A stretch of DNA of 64,000 nucleotides from Balanoglossus misakiensis (taxonomy: Eukaryota > Animalia > Hemichordata): the NCBI GenBank assembly GCA_040954595.2, contig CM082590.2:4154001-4218000 (forward strand), written 5' to 3'. Positions 46,401 through 58,070 of the stretch are shown here, piece by piece (position 1 is the stretch's first letter; each line of letters starts with the position of its first letter). The translations under genes were made by a program, and so were the position numbers. The notes under the pieces are model-generated. The model was not told where the DNA came from. It saw nothing but the letters and a program-made list of their open reading frames with translations, and did not search any database.

Positions 46401-49047
46401 AATTTCGTTCAAGTCGTTTTTTCTTCAACACATGTTGTGTTGTCCTTGCACAACAAGTGTTAGTAACCTTAGTAGGTTAGCCCTATTTTCAAAAGAGATA
46501 TTAATTTCTAAAAGTCACATGACAATTTAGCTTTGGAATACTATTTTGGCTTTCTTTCTTTACTGGTACAGCAAAATAAAGTGATACTACAAATATTATG
46601 GTTTGTTGCTTACATGAGAAATGGTGACCAGGGAGTACTGCCTGCGTGCAGGCTACACTCCCGGTCAGCAACAGAGTTGACCTTCGCTTGACCTTGTCTC
46701 AAGTTGATCTCGAAATATATAGTGCAATTCGAAAGTTTGGATGCTTAGTCAATCAATGAAACTCAAGGCCAATGCGTTTCCTCTATATCATATTAGTTAA
46801 TCCTGCGGACTGACGTCGTAAAAGCGTGAGGGTGAATTCTTACCAATAACGAGATGATGCCTTTAATCTTTAGTTGGTATTCACATTTTGCCTGGACATC
46901 GTACCCATCAGCTATCAACGATTTAATCCTTGCAACATCACCATCCCCAGCGGCATCAATCAGATCCTATAACATTCAATGAAATATGCAATTGTTATTT
47001 TTTTCATTGTATTCAGTTAGATATATATCAAAAATCTTCAGATCCTTGATTCTGAAAAACCAAATACAGAAAGACTGACACAGTGATAGCTATAAAGATA
47101 TATCTTGACAATAAACTGCGACATCGCATTGAAATATTACTGAATAAATACAAAAACTGTTTCACTCCAGAATGTACTAGATAATGGAATTGCCCGGATG
47201 AGCGCTGAGCACTCTACGCAACAGTCTCAAGAATACACTGAACAAATGGAATGAAAGTATCACCATTAAATCCATGAAACCCCTGTGTGGGCAAATTATT
47301 GGGTAGAGACAGAAACTTGTGGGTCATGCAACAGCTTTGTTTCTGGTCGTTGATATGCCTCCCAAAAAGTACTTTTGTCTATTGGAAAGGGGTCGCGTAA
47401 TTTTCATACATTCAAATAGCAAGCACAAGTCAACTTGAATGGGCAACCAGTCCTGTATTTCAGAGATTGTACTTACGCACATTTATAGTTAAATACTATC
47501 AAAAATCTCAACATGTGTTAGGGTTTTCGACCTGAACAGCTGAATAGAGATTCATCAAAGGTCAGCATCGGTAGCCACTGTATGTCAGACAATCATGAAG
47601 GAAGAATGTCGACCATTGAAACAAATCCGCAAAAATCACTCAAATGTTTTCTTACTTGGTGGTTGTTGGTGTGTACAATGCAGTCCCAAGTGTATTAGTC
47701 ATCATTCTACATGTTATAATATGGACATTTGCGCGATGCATTCGTACAAACGCCCATGTTATTACAGACAAGGAGATACAATTTTGTAAGTGATTTGATC
47801 GCGAAATATCGTGAATAAATTACTAAGTCAACACTTTTTCAAACTGAATGTATCAAAACCAAAGCGAAGTAAACATGACGTCATCACAATGAAAAGTCAA
47901 CGGAAACTAGCAGAAACCCGGAAAAGTACAAACACTACGGCATATAATTTTCCCAGGGTTTGGACCAACATGTATATGACACAAACATATATGTGAGGCA
48001 ATTGTTCTTTCAGAATGGTCAGTCAATATTACAACTTTTTATGAGGACACATGTACTGATTCAATTGTCTTTTTTTGGGTTACAACAAATATGTCTTCAT
48101 GGAGTGAGAGTCAGACGCGGTGTAGAAAGGTTAAAATGATAAATTCTTAATTGCTTTTTGTTCATACAAACGTTTATTTAAGTGAGGGGGTGGGGTCAAG
48201 CGAAATTAATTGCATTTGACATGCGCGTTTTATAGCCTCAATTTTTGCATTATTTTCGTGATTTTACTATCAAATTTCGATTGGTTTATTTTAAAAAGCT
48301 TACTCGTGGGTATGCAAACATGTATCATCAACCTGTCGTGTCATCTGTCGGCAAAGGATACGGAGAAGATTGAGTCAGCTCATGCGGAATTAATAATTAT
48401 CCACGACCCCTTATGACCAACACCATGCCTGCGTCACCTAGAATGAACTCATATATAGAAACATTGCTAGACATAGTTACATAGTTACAAAGTAGGCCTA
48501 ACACAGACATGGATTTCAATGGGTGTTTTATCTAAAGCTAGCACTTGCTCATAAAATTGTGTTTACTTAGGACTTGCTCAACCGGTAAAATAATTTTTGA
48601 AAAATATCGTTCAACGGAGACTTGGACTTGTGAATGGAAAACATTGTGATTAGTGTGACTTTTTTGTCAACTGGGTAATTGTTTATTTATGAATGCACTA
48701 TCTAGCAATACACACAGACACTAGAAGTTTCTATATTTTCCGTGTGTCGGCCAAGATGGCCCGTTGTAAAATAATAAACCTATTAGGCACCGACTAGCGC
48801 CACAAGTCTTAAGGAAACAGTCATATGTTTTGAGACCAAAATGTCTGGTTAAATTTACGTGCATGGGGTTGAAGGGAGAAACTTTGAACAACAGTCCTCA
48901 GTCCACAAAACAAACAAAATGTAAACCACTTGTAAAAACAGTCGTCGTACGCGTCACCGCCAGAAATCGTTGCCTTTGGTGTGAAATGTCGGTTGCTACA
49001 GTTAAGAGTTCACTTACCTGTGGATCCTTATCTTCTCCAGAAGCCAT
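22488..49047 (-). CDS. Multi-exon ankyrin-LRR-Roc-COR (Roco family) gene, about 1451 aa if all 13 traced exons are used; no kinase domain
   Basis: Exons 49018-49047, 46844-46966, 45347-45445, 44008-44106, 38464-38562, 34625-34723, 34294-34392, 33908-34006, 33576-33674, 33245-33343, 32914-33012, 32583-32681 and 22488-25700. All are stop-free and phase 0, with pyrimidine-tract AG acceptors. Joining them into one transcript is inferred, and further small exons may have been missed. Confidence 0.82.
26337..26411 (-). pseudogene. Probable decayed ankyrin exon (75 nt)
   Basis: CCCATAG|GAT acceptor and AAG|GTGAAT donor. Shifted frames give the ankyrin-like pieces AVKKGC and IVSILL. Confidence 0.45.
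27074..27676. mobile_element. MITE with TTAA target duplication (Kolobok-like AG..CT ends)
   Basis: TTAA|AGCCCCAGTATTTCTCGT ... ACGAGAAATACTGTGGCT|TTAA, with an internal perfect 26-bp palindrome at 27502-27527. Confidence 0.85.
27991..31011 (+). mobile_element. Nested Helentron-associated (HINE-like) non-autonomous elements
   Basis: Three 5' hairpins of the type GG..CAAGCGCC..AGG.CGCTTG..CCC at about 27992, 28047 and 28100, and ~220-240-bp internal tandem repeats. Two 3' ends GCTGCTTGCAGCT.TA.TT at about 29455 and 31011. The flanks rejoin into the repeat seen uninterrupted at about 40955-41540. Confidence 0.75.
31388..31565. repeat. Degenerate (GTGTT)n microsatellite
   Basis: Read directly from the sequence. 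Confidence 0.9.
32583..32681 (-). CDS. Ankyrin exon 12: GGDTPIHVAVRDDRENIVRLLVKYKADINIQNK
   Basis: 99 nt, TTTGACAG acceptor, AAG|GCAAGT donor. Confidence 0.85.
32914..33012 (-). CDS. Ankyrin exon 11: GGDTPIHVAVRDDRVNIVKLLLEYKADVNIQSR
   Basis: 99 nt, AGG|GCAAGT donor. Confidence 0.8.
33245..33343 (-). CDS. Ankyrin exon 10 (same peptide as exon 11)
   Basis: 99 nt, AGG|GCAAGT donor. Confidence 0.8.
33576..33674 (-). CDS. Ankyrin exon 9: GGDTPIYVAVRDDRVNIVKLLLEYKADVNIHSR
   Basis: 99 nt, AGG|GCAAGT donor. Confidence 0.8.
33908..34006 (-). CDS. Ankyrin exon 8: DGDTPLHNAARNYRVDIVRLLLECKADVNIQNK
   Basis: 99 nt, AAA|GCAAGT donor. Confidence 0.8.
34294..34392 (-). CDS. Ankyrin exon 7: EGDKPIHVAVRKDYVNIVRLLLEYKADVNIQNK
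   Basis: 99 nt, AAG|GCAAGT donor. Confidence 0.85.
34625..34723 (-). CDS. Ankyrin exon 6 (same peptide as exon 8)
   Basis: 99 nt, AAA|GCAAGT donor. Confidence 0.8.
37470..37792 (+). repeat. Intronic repeat with a second copy at about 41779-42100
   Basis: TGTACACGTGGTTTGGATGT...GTCAGCCAG.ATGTTGGGGAG.CAGAATAAT...GTCCACAATGC.AATTAAAA is colinear in both places. Confidence 0.8.
38464..38562 (-). CDS. Ankyrin exon 5: DGDTPMHLAAEWGHEGAALLLLKAKCSVNIQNK
   Basis: 99 nt, TTTTACAG acceptor, canonical AAG|GTAAGT donor. Confidence 0.9.
38620..39757 (+). mobile_element. HINE/DINE-like non-autonomous element
   Basis: T-run start, subterminal hairpin GGTCCCAT..ATGGGACC, (GTAT/GGAT)n tract, degenerate internal repeats and T-run end. 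Second copy at 17940-18340. Confidence 0.7.
40428..40485. repeat. (CAT)n/(CAA)n/(CAAA)n compound microsatellite
   Basis: Read directly from the sequence. Confidence 0.9.
40955..41540 (+). repeat. Uninterrupted copy of the repeat that is split at 27720-27990 / 31012-31360
   Basis: CTATCTCATGATTTT...ATCGATTGTCCGGAAACT...CATTCAAGTTCC...CTGTGAAGAAGCTT...ATCTGGACAGCTTGAAGTT is shared. Confidence 0.8.
44008..44106 (-). CDS. Ankyrin exon 4: NGWAPLHSAADHGHGDVLRLLLQSNASIDVQDY
   Basis: 99 nt, TTCCCACAG acceptor, GTAAGT donor. Confidence 0.9.
45347..45445 (-). CDS. Ankyrin exon 3: SSYTALHAAVRENKLEAAQVLIDHGANVNAKKE
   Basis: 99 nt, TTTCAG acceptor, GAG|GTAAGT donor. Confidence 0.9.
46844..46966 (-). 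CDS. Exon 2, N-terminal capping ankyrin: DLIDAAGDGDVARIKSLIADGYDVQAKCEYQLKIKGIISLL
   Basis: 123 nt, TTATAG acceptor, TTG|GTAAGA donor, N-cap pattern L..AA..GD...I..L...G.DV. Confidence 0.8.
49018..49047 (-). CDS. Probable first coding exon: MASGEDKDPQ
   Basis: Strong Kozak context GCCATGG, CAG|GTAAGT donor, phase 0. Confidence 0.7.
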
Positions 49048-49186
49048 GGCTACGTTATTGACATTGTGTTGGAATACGTTAAGAATCTGGATCTGTAGCA
49101 CCGCCCTGGAGTTTAACAAGTCAGCTTCGCAAATGTTCTATAATGGCGTCGTCGCCTACGTGGTCAGGTGATGTTGACAACAAGTT

Positions 49187-49198
49187 GGGGAAAACCCC
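49187..49198 (-). promoter_or_regulatory. Candidate NF-kappaB/Rel site
   Basis: Minus-strand GGGGTTTTCCCC fits GGGRNNYYCC and lies about 140 bp upstream of the predicted ATG. This is a motif match only. Confidence 0.4.
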
Positions 49199-52100
49199 GA
49201 TAAATAAGGAAGTACACTACAAAGTAAAATAATGACAAGAGTTGGTTCAAAGTTCATGACGCCATAAAAGTGTGGCATATACACTTCAATACTGTGGTGA
49301 CGTCACAGCAGAATTCCTAGCTTTCTGTTTAAATCACTAAACTAGTTGGCACATTAAGCAACAATTTGAATATTTATGTTTTATAACAGTACGAGCAGTG
49401 GAATGGAGTGGCCTATTCCCACTTCACAAGCTTCAGTACAGGACATAGTCTCGCTTTGCAGACTCTTCTCGCTTCACTAGTTCGCCACTGTCGGTGTGAC
49501 AATGCGAGGAGCGAAGCCAAAAGTGTCCGGGGAGAACACACTCGCATGAGGAGTGTGCTGAGTTTACATGGCGATCACCTATGACACTTTTCTGTGTCAT
49601 AGGCGATCGCCGTGTTATACAATTCAACCCACGTGCGACTGTGGGGGGGGATCACTGCATTCCATTGTGATGACGTATACACAAGACAGGCAATGAATTC
49701 AGATATTACAAAGGACCCTTGACCTAGTTGGCTTTCAGTCAATGCGTGTTGTGCCAGACAGTATGTGACTGACCGACAGGCCCCGTCGAAGTTGACAGCC
49801 CAGTGCAGTATAAGATATCGTATACATGTACTGTGCTGTCAACTACAGCAGTGTCTGTAATCATGTGATTGTGAGTGAATATCATTGCACGTCTATGACT
49901 ACATTGACTATCAAGGATTTTGTTTCGTTTGTCAGTTGTGGGTGATTTCCTGTTAGTGTTGAGAAATTTAGTATTTCCCGTCTTTGCAAATTGGCATTTT
50001 TTCCAATATGTAGCATTATAGCCACATTATATACTACATTCTTGCCAACAGTGTCTTTAAATTTTGAATTGTTGCATGAGAGATTGAAAATCAGAATATA
50101 TTATATAAAAAAGAATCCACTCTCATACAATCAATTTTAAGTGGTCAATGACCTTTAATGTACTGTACATTACAATAAAAGATAGAATTCATAAGATATA
50201 CAAGTAGTAAAACTTTTCTAAAATATAATTCAAGTAACCATCCAAAATAATCTATAAACTCAAAATCTCTGGTAGAATGAAGCTGAAGCAAGTGCTGGCA
50301 ATTAATGATTTATCTCAAACTTAAATTTTTAAGCATTTCATCACCATAGTTAAGCTTAAATTCATTGTCTTAATTGGACCTCTATAGAGAGAAATGAAGT
50401 TGAAAGGGTAAAGGTAGTAATGCACCTTGAAAACTAAAGTCTTAATTTTTGACCGCAAATTTTGGGTCATGGTGCAAATTTTAAATGAGAGAACAAGGCT
50501 ATAACCCAAATTTGAAATTCACAGTGGCCACCAATCTCAGTGTAAGCTCTATGGAGAAAGGATTAAGTAAGAGTGATTTTTAGAAAATCATAACGGTAAA
50601 AACCATGCTTGATTTTTTGATATAGCTGTTTAGATAATTTTACCATAGGAAAACTATAGCTTGAGGTGTGCAAAAATGCTGACTAAAAACGTAGGATGGG
50701 AACTCTTTTTTCACTCATCATGCTTAAAAACAAGAAATATGTGGTTTGACTTTTCCCATACAAAATGTAGAGCGGAATATTAAGTAAGGGTACCTGGAGG
50801 AACGATAGGCAATATAATCTCCACCACGTTGTTTCATGAGTCACTGGACTGACCCATCAGGAGACTAAACTGGCCAGCTTATTACTTTTTGCCTTTAAAA
50901 TACATCAACAGTTTTCAAGATAAGAAATTCCGGTACTCATAGCTATCATCACTTGTTGATGTGGTCAGTCGGGCAAATATTGTAAATTATGTACGTTCAT
51001 TATTTGCTGTAACCCAGGTTACAACAATTATTAATTAGCAGTCAGAATCTTTCTGCACAAAAATCTCCGGAAAAGATGTTTGCTGCCAGGGTGGAAAGAA
51101 ATTAAAAGTTCCACCCCTAACTATAAAATTCCACACAATGGGGGAATTGAAGAGGCTTATCAATCTAGAATTTGTAAAGTGAGACATATTTGAAACGCCA
51201 TGAGCAGCCAAATTCTACATTCACAATAAAATACAAAACATCTCCTCCCTATATCCCCATTACAATTTGCACAATCAAGGCACACTATTGCATAACACAA
51301 TAGTTGTGTACTCTTTGTATGGAGGCAGATTAAACAGGCATGGCACCATTTAATATATCAATTGTTCAAATTGCAACATCCAGCCGAAATATGGCATCAA
51401 CAAGATGTTTATGTATACCTATAAGTTTAAACTTATTTAGATGGACCAATCTAAAGTTGGAAAGTAAAATCCTGAAAATAGTGCAAAAAGTGGCAGCTTT
51501 TGAGGATTTAAACAAGGGCAATTGACACATGACCCACAACACACGCACCGATAAGACTCAGTATAAGAAACCCGTTGGCAAACATTGACAAGTTTTCATA
51601 AAACTGTCGGTAAATTGTATTGCTCTTATCAACATAGAATGGCCTTCACCTGCATCTGATTACATGTTGAAGTCAGTGAGACTCCATGTGTACCAGTGTC
51701 CAGTGTGTAATTGCTATCAGCACCGCTCAACTCCATTCATACTTTTTAAATTAAAACTAAAACTTTGACTATTGTTCCTATTAGCCAACATCGACTGAAT
51801 TGTTGTTCATATCAGCGCGTTCACACTCACTCATGTACTATGTAAAGAAGAGTAAATGACATCCCTGTCCACACAAGAACACTATAAAAGTCATAAGTTT
51901 GTCCTTCCATTCATGAGGTTTCTGTAACTATTGTTCTTGATATTCCGATGGTTTAGTTTGAAGTTTATTGACATGCTGTCTGTTGAGCTTCGTGTCTTAA
52001 AGATTAAATACTGTTTGTTCTATTGGCTTTACGCGTATAGACGTTGACGGAAACCACTCAACACACTTAATATATAGCACAGGGTGTTTGTTTAGTCGGC

Positions 52101-52383
52101 AGAAAAACACTCCACCACAATCAAGTAGCTACAAACATTTTTCAACCAGATCGCGATAAAGTCAGGAATTATCGTGAGCTACAGCTGTTTGGCAAAATAT
52201 TGTCGCAACCATGGCCCTTTAAGAGCAACAATTTCTGAGTTGTCAAAAGAGGCCGTGATTTATTTCGCATGGTTTTAATTATACTAGTTTAGTATCTAGC
52301 CGCATTTTGTCCGCTTTGCTTTCAAAATTATGTCTAGGGTCATGCATGCTACTACATGCCACTGGCCCAATAAAACCTGGGAA

Positions 52384-52577
52384 TTGTGATGTAACTAGCG
52401 TCCCTCTGAAGTCAATCCCAGACTATTTTTCGTAGGATTGGACAAATGATATACATACATGTGTACTTAAGGATGGGTAAAATTTCAAATTAGCCCCACC
52501 ATCACTATAATATAACGCCCAATCACCAGTGTTCAGTTTATGTGATTGACTACAAGGGGACGCTAGTTACATCACAA
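52384..52577. mobile_element. Small MITE-like inverted repeat
   Basis: Perfect 21-bp arms TTGTGATGTAACTAGCGTCCC / GGGACGCTAGTTACATCACAA. Confidence 0.6.
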
Positions 52578-55500
52578 CTCCTACACTATTCGAGCGCTGG
52601 CGAAATGGAACCAATCAGAACGTGCGTCTCATAAATGTATCGACATGTAAATTTTAACCGCTACTTTGCCTTGCCGATTGGTATTATTTTTTTCTACCGC
52701 AGATCGCTGTCCTGCATGAGTGTTGGGTGATTGGTGGTGTTTGGCTGCTCTGTTTCGGCGATGGTGTAAATCACAGTCGAGGAGTGACCATGTGTAAATG
52801 CATGTGCCCGTGTCCGCTTATTATCCGGAGACTTCAGTGGAATCGCTAAGGTCTGACTGTCAAAAGGACACCACTCGAAAAAGTATGCAGTAAATCATGA
52901 CATATTGGGTAGAATATTGTATATCAAGGGGTATATTTTTTTAGAAAATTGGGCCAGGACAGGCATAAATTTTAGGCCCAGTCAGACGAAATTGTGTCAA
53001 CAGCACATTGCATAGCTATGTCAGCCCAGCTGTCACATATATTGTGAAAGGATGGCGCCATACCTGCGTCACCTTGAAGGAACTCATGTCGGGTCAGAGG
53101 TCATCATTCATTTATATTGCATGACTCAGGTCTGCCATGTTTATAGACGCATTATCAGAATGACTACAAAGTAACACAGGCATGTATTTCAACATGTGTT
53201 TTATCTCAAGCTGGGACCTGTTGCTCATACAATTTAGTTTACAACAAATCAGCGAAAGAGGTAATACGTGTAACCAGTAAAATTTTAAATAAAATGTCGT
53301 AATGAAAGACCGGGAATTCTCTGTTATTCGTCACACGTTGGATAACCGCATGTGTCATGAAGAAATTAACTTAACGTTAAGTAGTTCGTAAAACGGATAA
53401 TCGCTGAGTAAGTTCAAGGTGGCATTGCATGACAAGTTGTGACTTTTGCCAAATTTTACTTGTTTACATAAATCGGTAGGTGTAATACTGATCCACATTC
53501 TGACAAATGCGTCTTGGCGGAAATGGTGCATAATCACTTTTTCTGAATGAGTCCTCAGCTTAAGAAATAGTTGTCGAAAATGCAAATTGCCGTTTTTCTC
53601 AGTTTTCATTTTCGCTGCTTTTGACAACTTCAGAAGAATTTAGCTTCGCTCTGCGGTGGCCGAATTTGCTCAAATTTTAACAGGGGATTGTATATGACCC
53701 GTCCAACAAAACAATTTTTTTCTAGTCGATAAAGTGTCCCTGGCGGGAATAAACTCTGATTCCATACAACTCATCGTGAATTTGATCAAATTTCCTAAAA
53801 ATCTAACTTTCAAACGCTATTACTCCTCAATGGAAGCAGATAACGCAAAACTGAATTTTCGTTTTTTTTAACGTTTTGAATGACATATTTAGATGCATGA
53901 TGCATGATCAACTTTTTACCTAATTTCAATTGAATGACATAATATCAAAAAATGTTTGTTTTTAACCTCAAAACGCCACCATTTTCGAGGGTCATTAAAA
54001 TGTGCAACTCAAACAAAAGTTCAAAAACTCAGCTACCAGAATATGTATGGTTTATATGGGTTTTAAAGTTGTCTTTGATGAGAAATAGGCGCCAAATATT
54101 ACAAAATAAACATCACCATAAAAGTGTGGCATACAGAATCTATCCCAGTACTATGGTGACGTCATTCTAAAAAGCATGCTTGTTTTAAACTACCAAAATT
54201 ATCTTGTTGTTTTTTATAATGCGGGATTTGGAAGGATACCGGCTTTACCTCAGAACAAATCGTTATCATACAATGCCAGTATTTACTAATGTGTTAGTAT
54301 TCTAACTGAATATGAGCCAGTATTTTCACTAGTTAAAACATAGAAACGGGTTTTAACTGTTTGGCCGGAACTATTTTTGAGGAGTAACGTGCTTTATCAT
54401 CACACTATGTTGTATGATATCGAATTCAGATGCAATTTTGTTTTGTCATAGATATAATATAAGGCCGCATTATTTCACAAAGACTCGAAACTCGTCGATC
54501 AAAATCACACTAACGCACAACGTGTATGTTGTTGTAGGTAACGCGCAGTACACTTTCAGTACGTTCAGATCCTGGTCGCTCATAAATTTCCAGCTGTATA
54601 GTCCAAAAATCCACAGACTACAGACTTTGGTCTTATGATTTCCCAGACTATTTCTGAAAACATACATCAATGCTAACTAAAAGTTGACATATCTTAGCCA
54701 GACTCCTCCGGAAGCAACTCGCTACACAGCGGAGCAAATAAGGGGTGGACGACCGTTCCCTTGCGAGCGACGCACGGGACAATGGACTCTAGTGGAAAGA
54801 GGTTGTAGTACTGTGGGGTTTTAAATATTTGTCATCTTGCTGTCAAAATTTGCAGTCTTGCCATGTTGAACGTAACATTTAAACTTCGCCAGGATTTCAC
54901 TGTGCGAAATAATTGTAAATATAGGATATTTTGAAAGAAAGCAGAATAAGTTTTTATTTTGAATGTGGATGTGACCATTAATACTAAAGCTGCCATCCCC
55001 TCTGAATAATTGTACAGCCTACGTTGATCACCTGATCAACACGTTACCAATATGGCTATACTCCCGTCACACGCAGGCGATAAGTTCACATTTCTGGCCG
55101 TTATTTTTTTTTTATCTCGGCGCGCGCATCTTTTCAAAGCTTAGCGAGTGCATGTATGTTTGACCGATATCGCGTTGCATTTTGGTAATATGACAATATT
55201 TTAACTCCTTGCTGCACAACTCAAAATATGAAAAAATGTGGCTTCATTACCTGAATACAACGCGATACTGGTAAAACTTGTTGTAATATCTCCTAAATAT
55301 TAATCCCCATAATGTAGTATGGAAATGGGACTCGGAGCAAATGACAGGTGTACAGGAGATGGTGGAGTGTCCAATGAATGTGTCGTTTAGGATAGACTCA
55401 GAAACGCGACAACATCCACTTTGCAATGTAAACAAAAATGCCGACATGCACTGTGAACTCGCACCTATAAAACACATATAAGGCAAATGCGTCCAACATG

Positions 55501-55679
55501 AATAATGCTCGTTCGTTAAAATAATGTTTTAGATTTTCAGGATTTTAATTAAGAATATCTCTTGCCAACCTTCGTCTTCTTTTTATAATGTCGAATAAAA
55601 ACATAGTCTTGTTGCATAATTTCAAAACTCATAGAAAAAATCATTATTTTAAAATTAGCTAACTTTAGTCTTGAACTCA

Positions 55680-58070
55680 ATACTCTCTCCACATAGAGTT
55701 CTGAATGACACGCCGTCAAAGCAACTTGATGGCGACCTGCATACACGGTCAGAAAAGTTGCTTAATGACAGAGCAGTCAACTTTAAAGAAACCGCTTTGA
55801 TAACAACGCCGCTTTGTGTGGTTTACCGCTGTCCCCTATTGCCTCGCACAAAAGGAATTCAGTCGAAACCACTCGACGTCAATTAATGCAACCAGTGTTT
55901 ATCTTTACACCAAGAAAAACACACCAGCTGTAAAATATAAACATATAAAGCTATGAAATCTAAATTTGTTCCTCCCTATAAATGTATTTTATACCCATTA
56001 GCTGTCTTGTAACGTTAATTGTCGATTCGTGTACACATACATATGTTGGAATCTACCAGCGTAGCCGGGAGTATGTCGGGAAGTTCAGATATAAAAAAAA
56101 CTGAGATTAACTATAAAATGTAAAATTCAGCACAAAGAGGGAACTGAAGAGGCTCATCAATCAAGAGTTTGTGAGGCGAGACATGTTTGAAGGGCAAGTG
56201 ACACATGACCCACAACACACGCACTGATAGGAACAACAGTATCAGACCCACGTTGACAAACAGTTTTAGACAGGTCAGGCCAATTTTTTATTTCCATCCC
56301 TGTACCTTGTTGTCCCCTCTCTGGGCGCACACCAAGTCAACCGGACACAACGCCCTCACATGTGCAACGAATGTAAATGTTTTGTGAGGCAACTGCCTTC
56401 TGAATCTAGCCTACACCTGCATCTGATTACATTTGGAGTCAGTGAGACTCCATGTGTGCCAGTGTTAATTGTGTCATCTTAATCAGCATTGATACTTTTT
56501 GACTAAATTCATTAAAACATAGACCAGCCACTATTCATTTTTTACAGCAACATTTTCTGCGTTGCAAGAATTGGTCGTAGTTTAATTCGTAGTTTTATAA
56601 TTATTAATAGGTCAGTCCCAGAACTGGCGAAACTGCGTCTCATAAATATATTCACATGTAAATTAAACTGTCACTTTGCCTACAGCCGAGTATTTTGATT
56701 TATACTTCAGATCTCTGTCCTGTGTAAGTGTTGGGTGATTGATGGTGATTCGCTGCTCTGTTTCGGCCTTGGTGTAAATCACGGTCGAGGAGTGACCATG
56801 TGTAAATCCTTTTGCTCGTGTCCGCTTATTATCCGGAGACTTCAGGGGAGTTGCAAATGTCTGACGGTCAAAAGGACACAGCTCACACAAGTACACAGTA
56901 AATCATAACATATTGAGTAGAATATTGGTTAAATTAGAAAATCGGGCCAATTTAGCCTCTACATGCATAATCTCGAATAAATTCAAGAATCCTTGTGGCA
57001 TCATTTCCAACTTCCACAGACAAACTAATAATTGTAACATTAGCTGACTACAGTCTTGAACTGAAAACACTCAACATAAATTTCTTAATGACATGCCATC
57101 AAAGCAACTGGACACCGAACTGCATACACGATCAGAAAACTTAAATGACAGAGCAGACAACTTCAAACGAACCGCATTCATAACAACGCCGCTTTGTGTG
57201 GTTTACCGCCGTCCACCATTGCCTTGCACAAATGGAATTCCACAAAACCTCTCGACATAATTTATTGCAACCAGTGTTTATCTTTACGCACAGAAAAATT
57301 ACCCCAGTTGTAAAATATAAAGCTATAAAGTTTGTTTAAGTCTGAATTTGTTCCTCTCTGTCTTGTAATGGTAATTGTCGATTCGTGTACACATACATAT
57401 GTTGGAATGTACCGGCGTAGCCGGGAGCATTTCTGGAATTTCAGATTAAAGAAAAAATATGAGATTAACTATAATATATAAAATTCCGCACAAATGGGGA
57501 ACTGAAGAGGCTCATCAATCAAGACTTTGTGAGGCGAGACATGTTTGAAGGACAATTGACACATGACCCACAGCAGATGCACTTATCAGAACAGCAGTAG
57601 AGGACAACAGTTTTAGACAGGTCAGGCCAATTTTTGATTTCCATCCCTGTACCATGTTGTCCCCTCTCTGGGCGCACACCAAGTCAACCGGACACAACGC
57701 CCTCACATGTGTAAAGAATGTAAATGTTCTTTTTGGCAACTGCTTGCAGAATCTGGCCTCCACCTGCATTTGGTGACATTTGGAGTCAGTGAGACTCCAT
57801 GTGTGCCAGTGTTACTTGAGTCATATTTATCACCACCATTCATCCGCATTCATTCATCTGTTTGACTATATTGATTAAAACATAGATCAGCCACTATTCA
57901 ATTTTACGGCAGCATTTTGTGCGTTGCCAGAATTGGTCTTGGTTTAATTCACACGTTTATAATTATTAATAGGACAGTTCCAGCACTGGCGAAACAGGGC
58001 CAAACAGAACGTGCGTCTGATAAGTGTGTTCAGTAAATTAAACTGTCACTTTGCCTACAGCCGAGTATTT
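55680..58070 (+). repeat. ~1.36-kb tandem duplication (2 units) with older related pieces at about 51120-52940 and 63740-64000
   Basis: GGGAACTGAAGAGGCTCATCAATCAAGA at about 56140 and 57498, similar at about 51143. GAGTCAGTGAGACTCCATGTG and TCCGCTTATTATCCGGAGACTTCAG are also shared. Confidence 0.85.
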
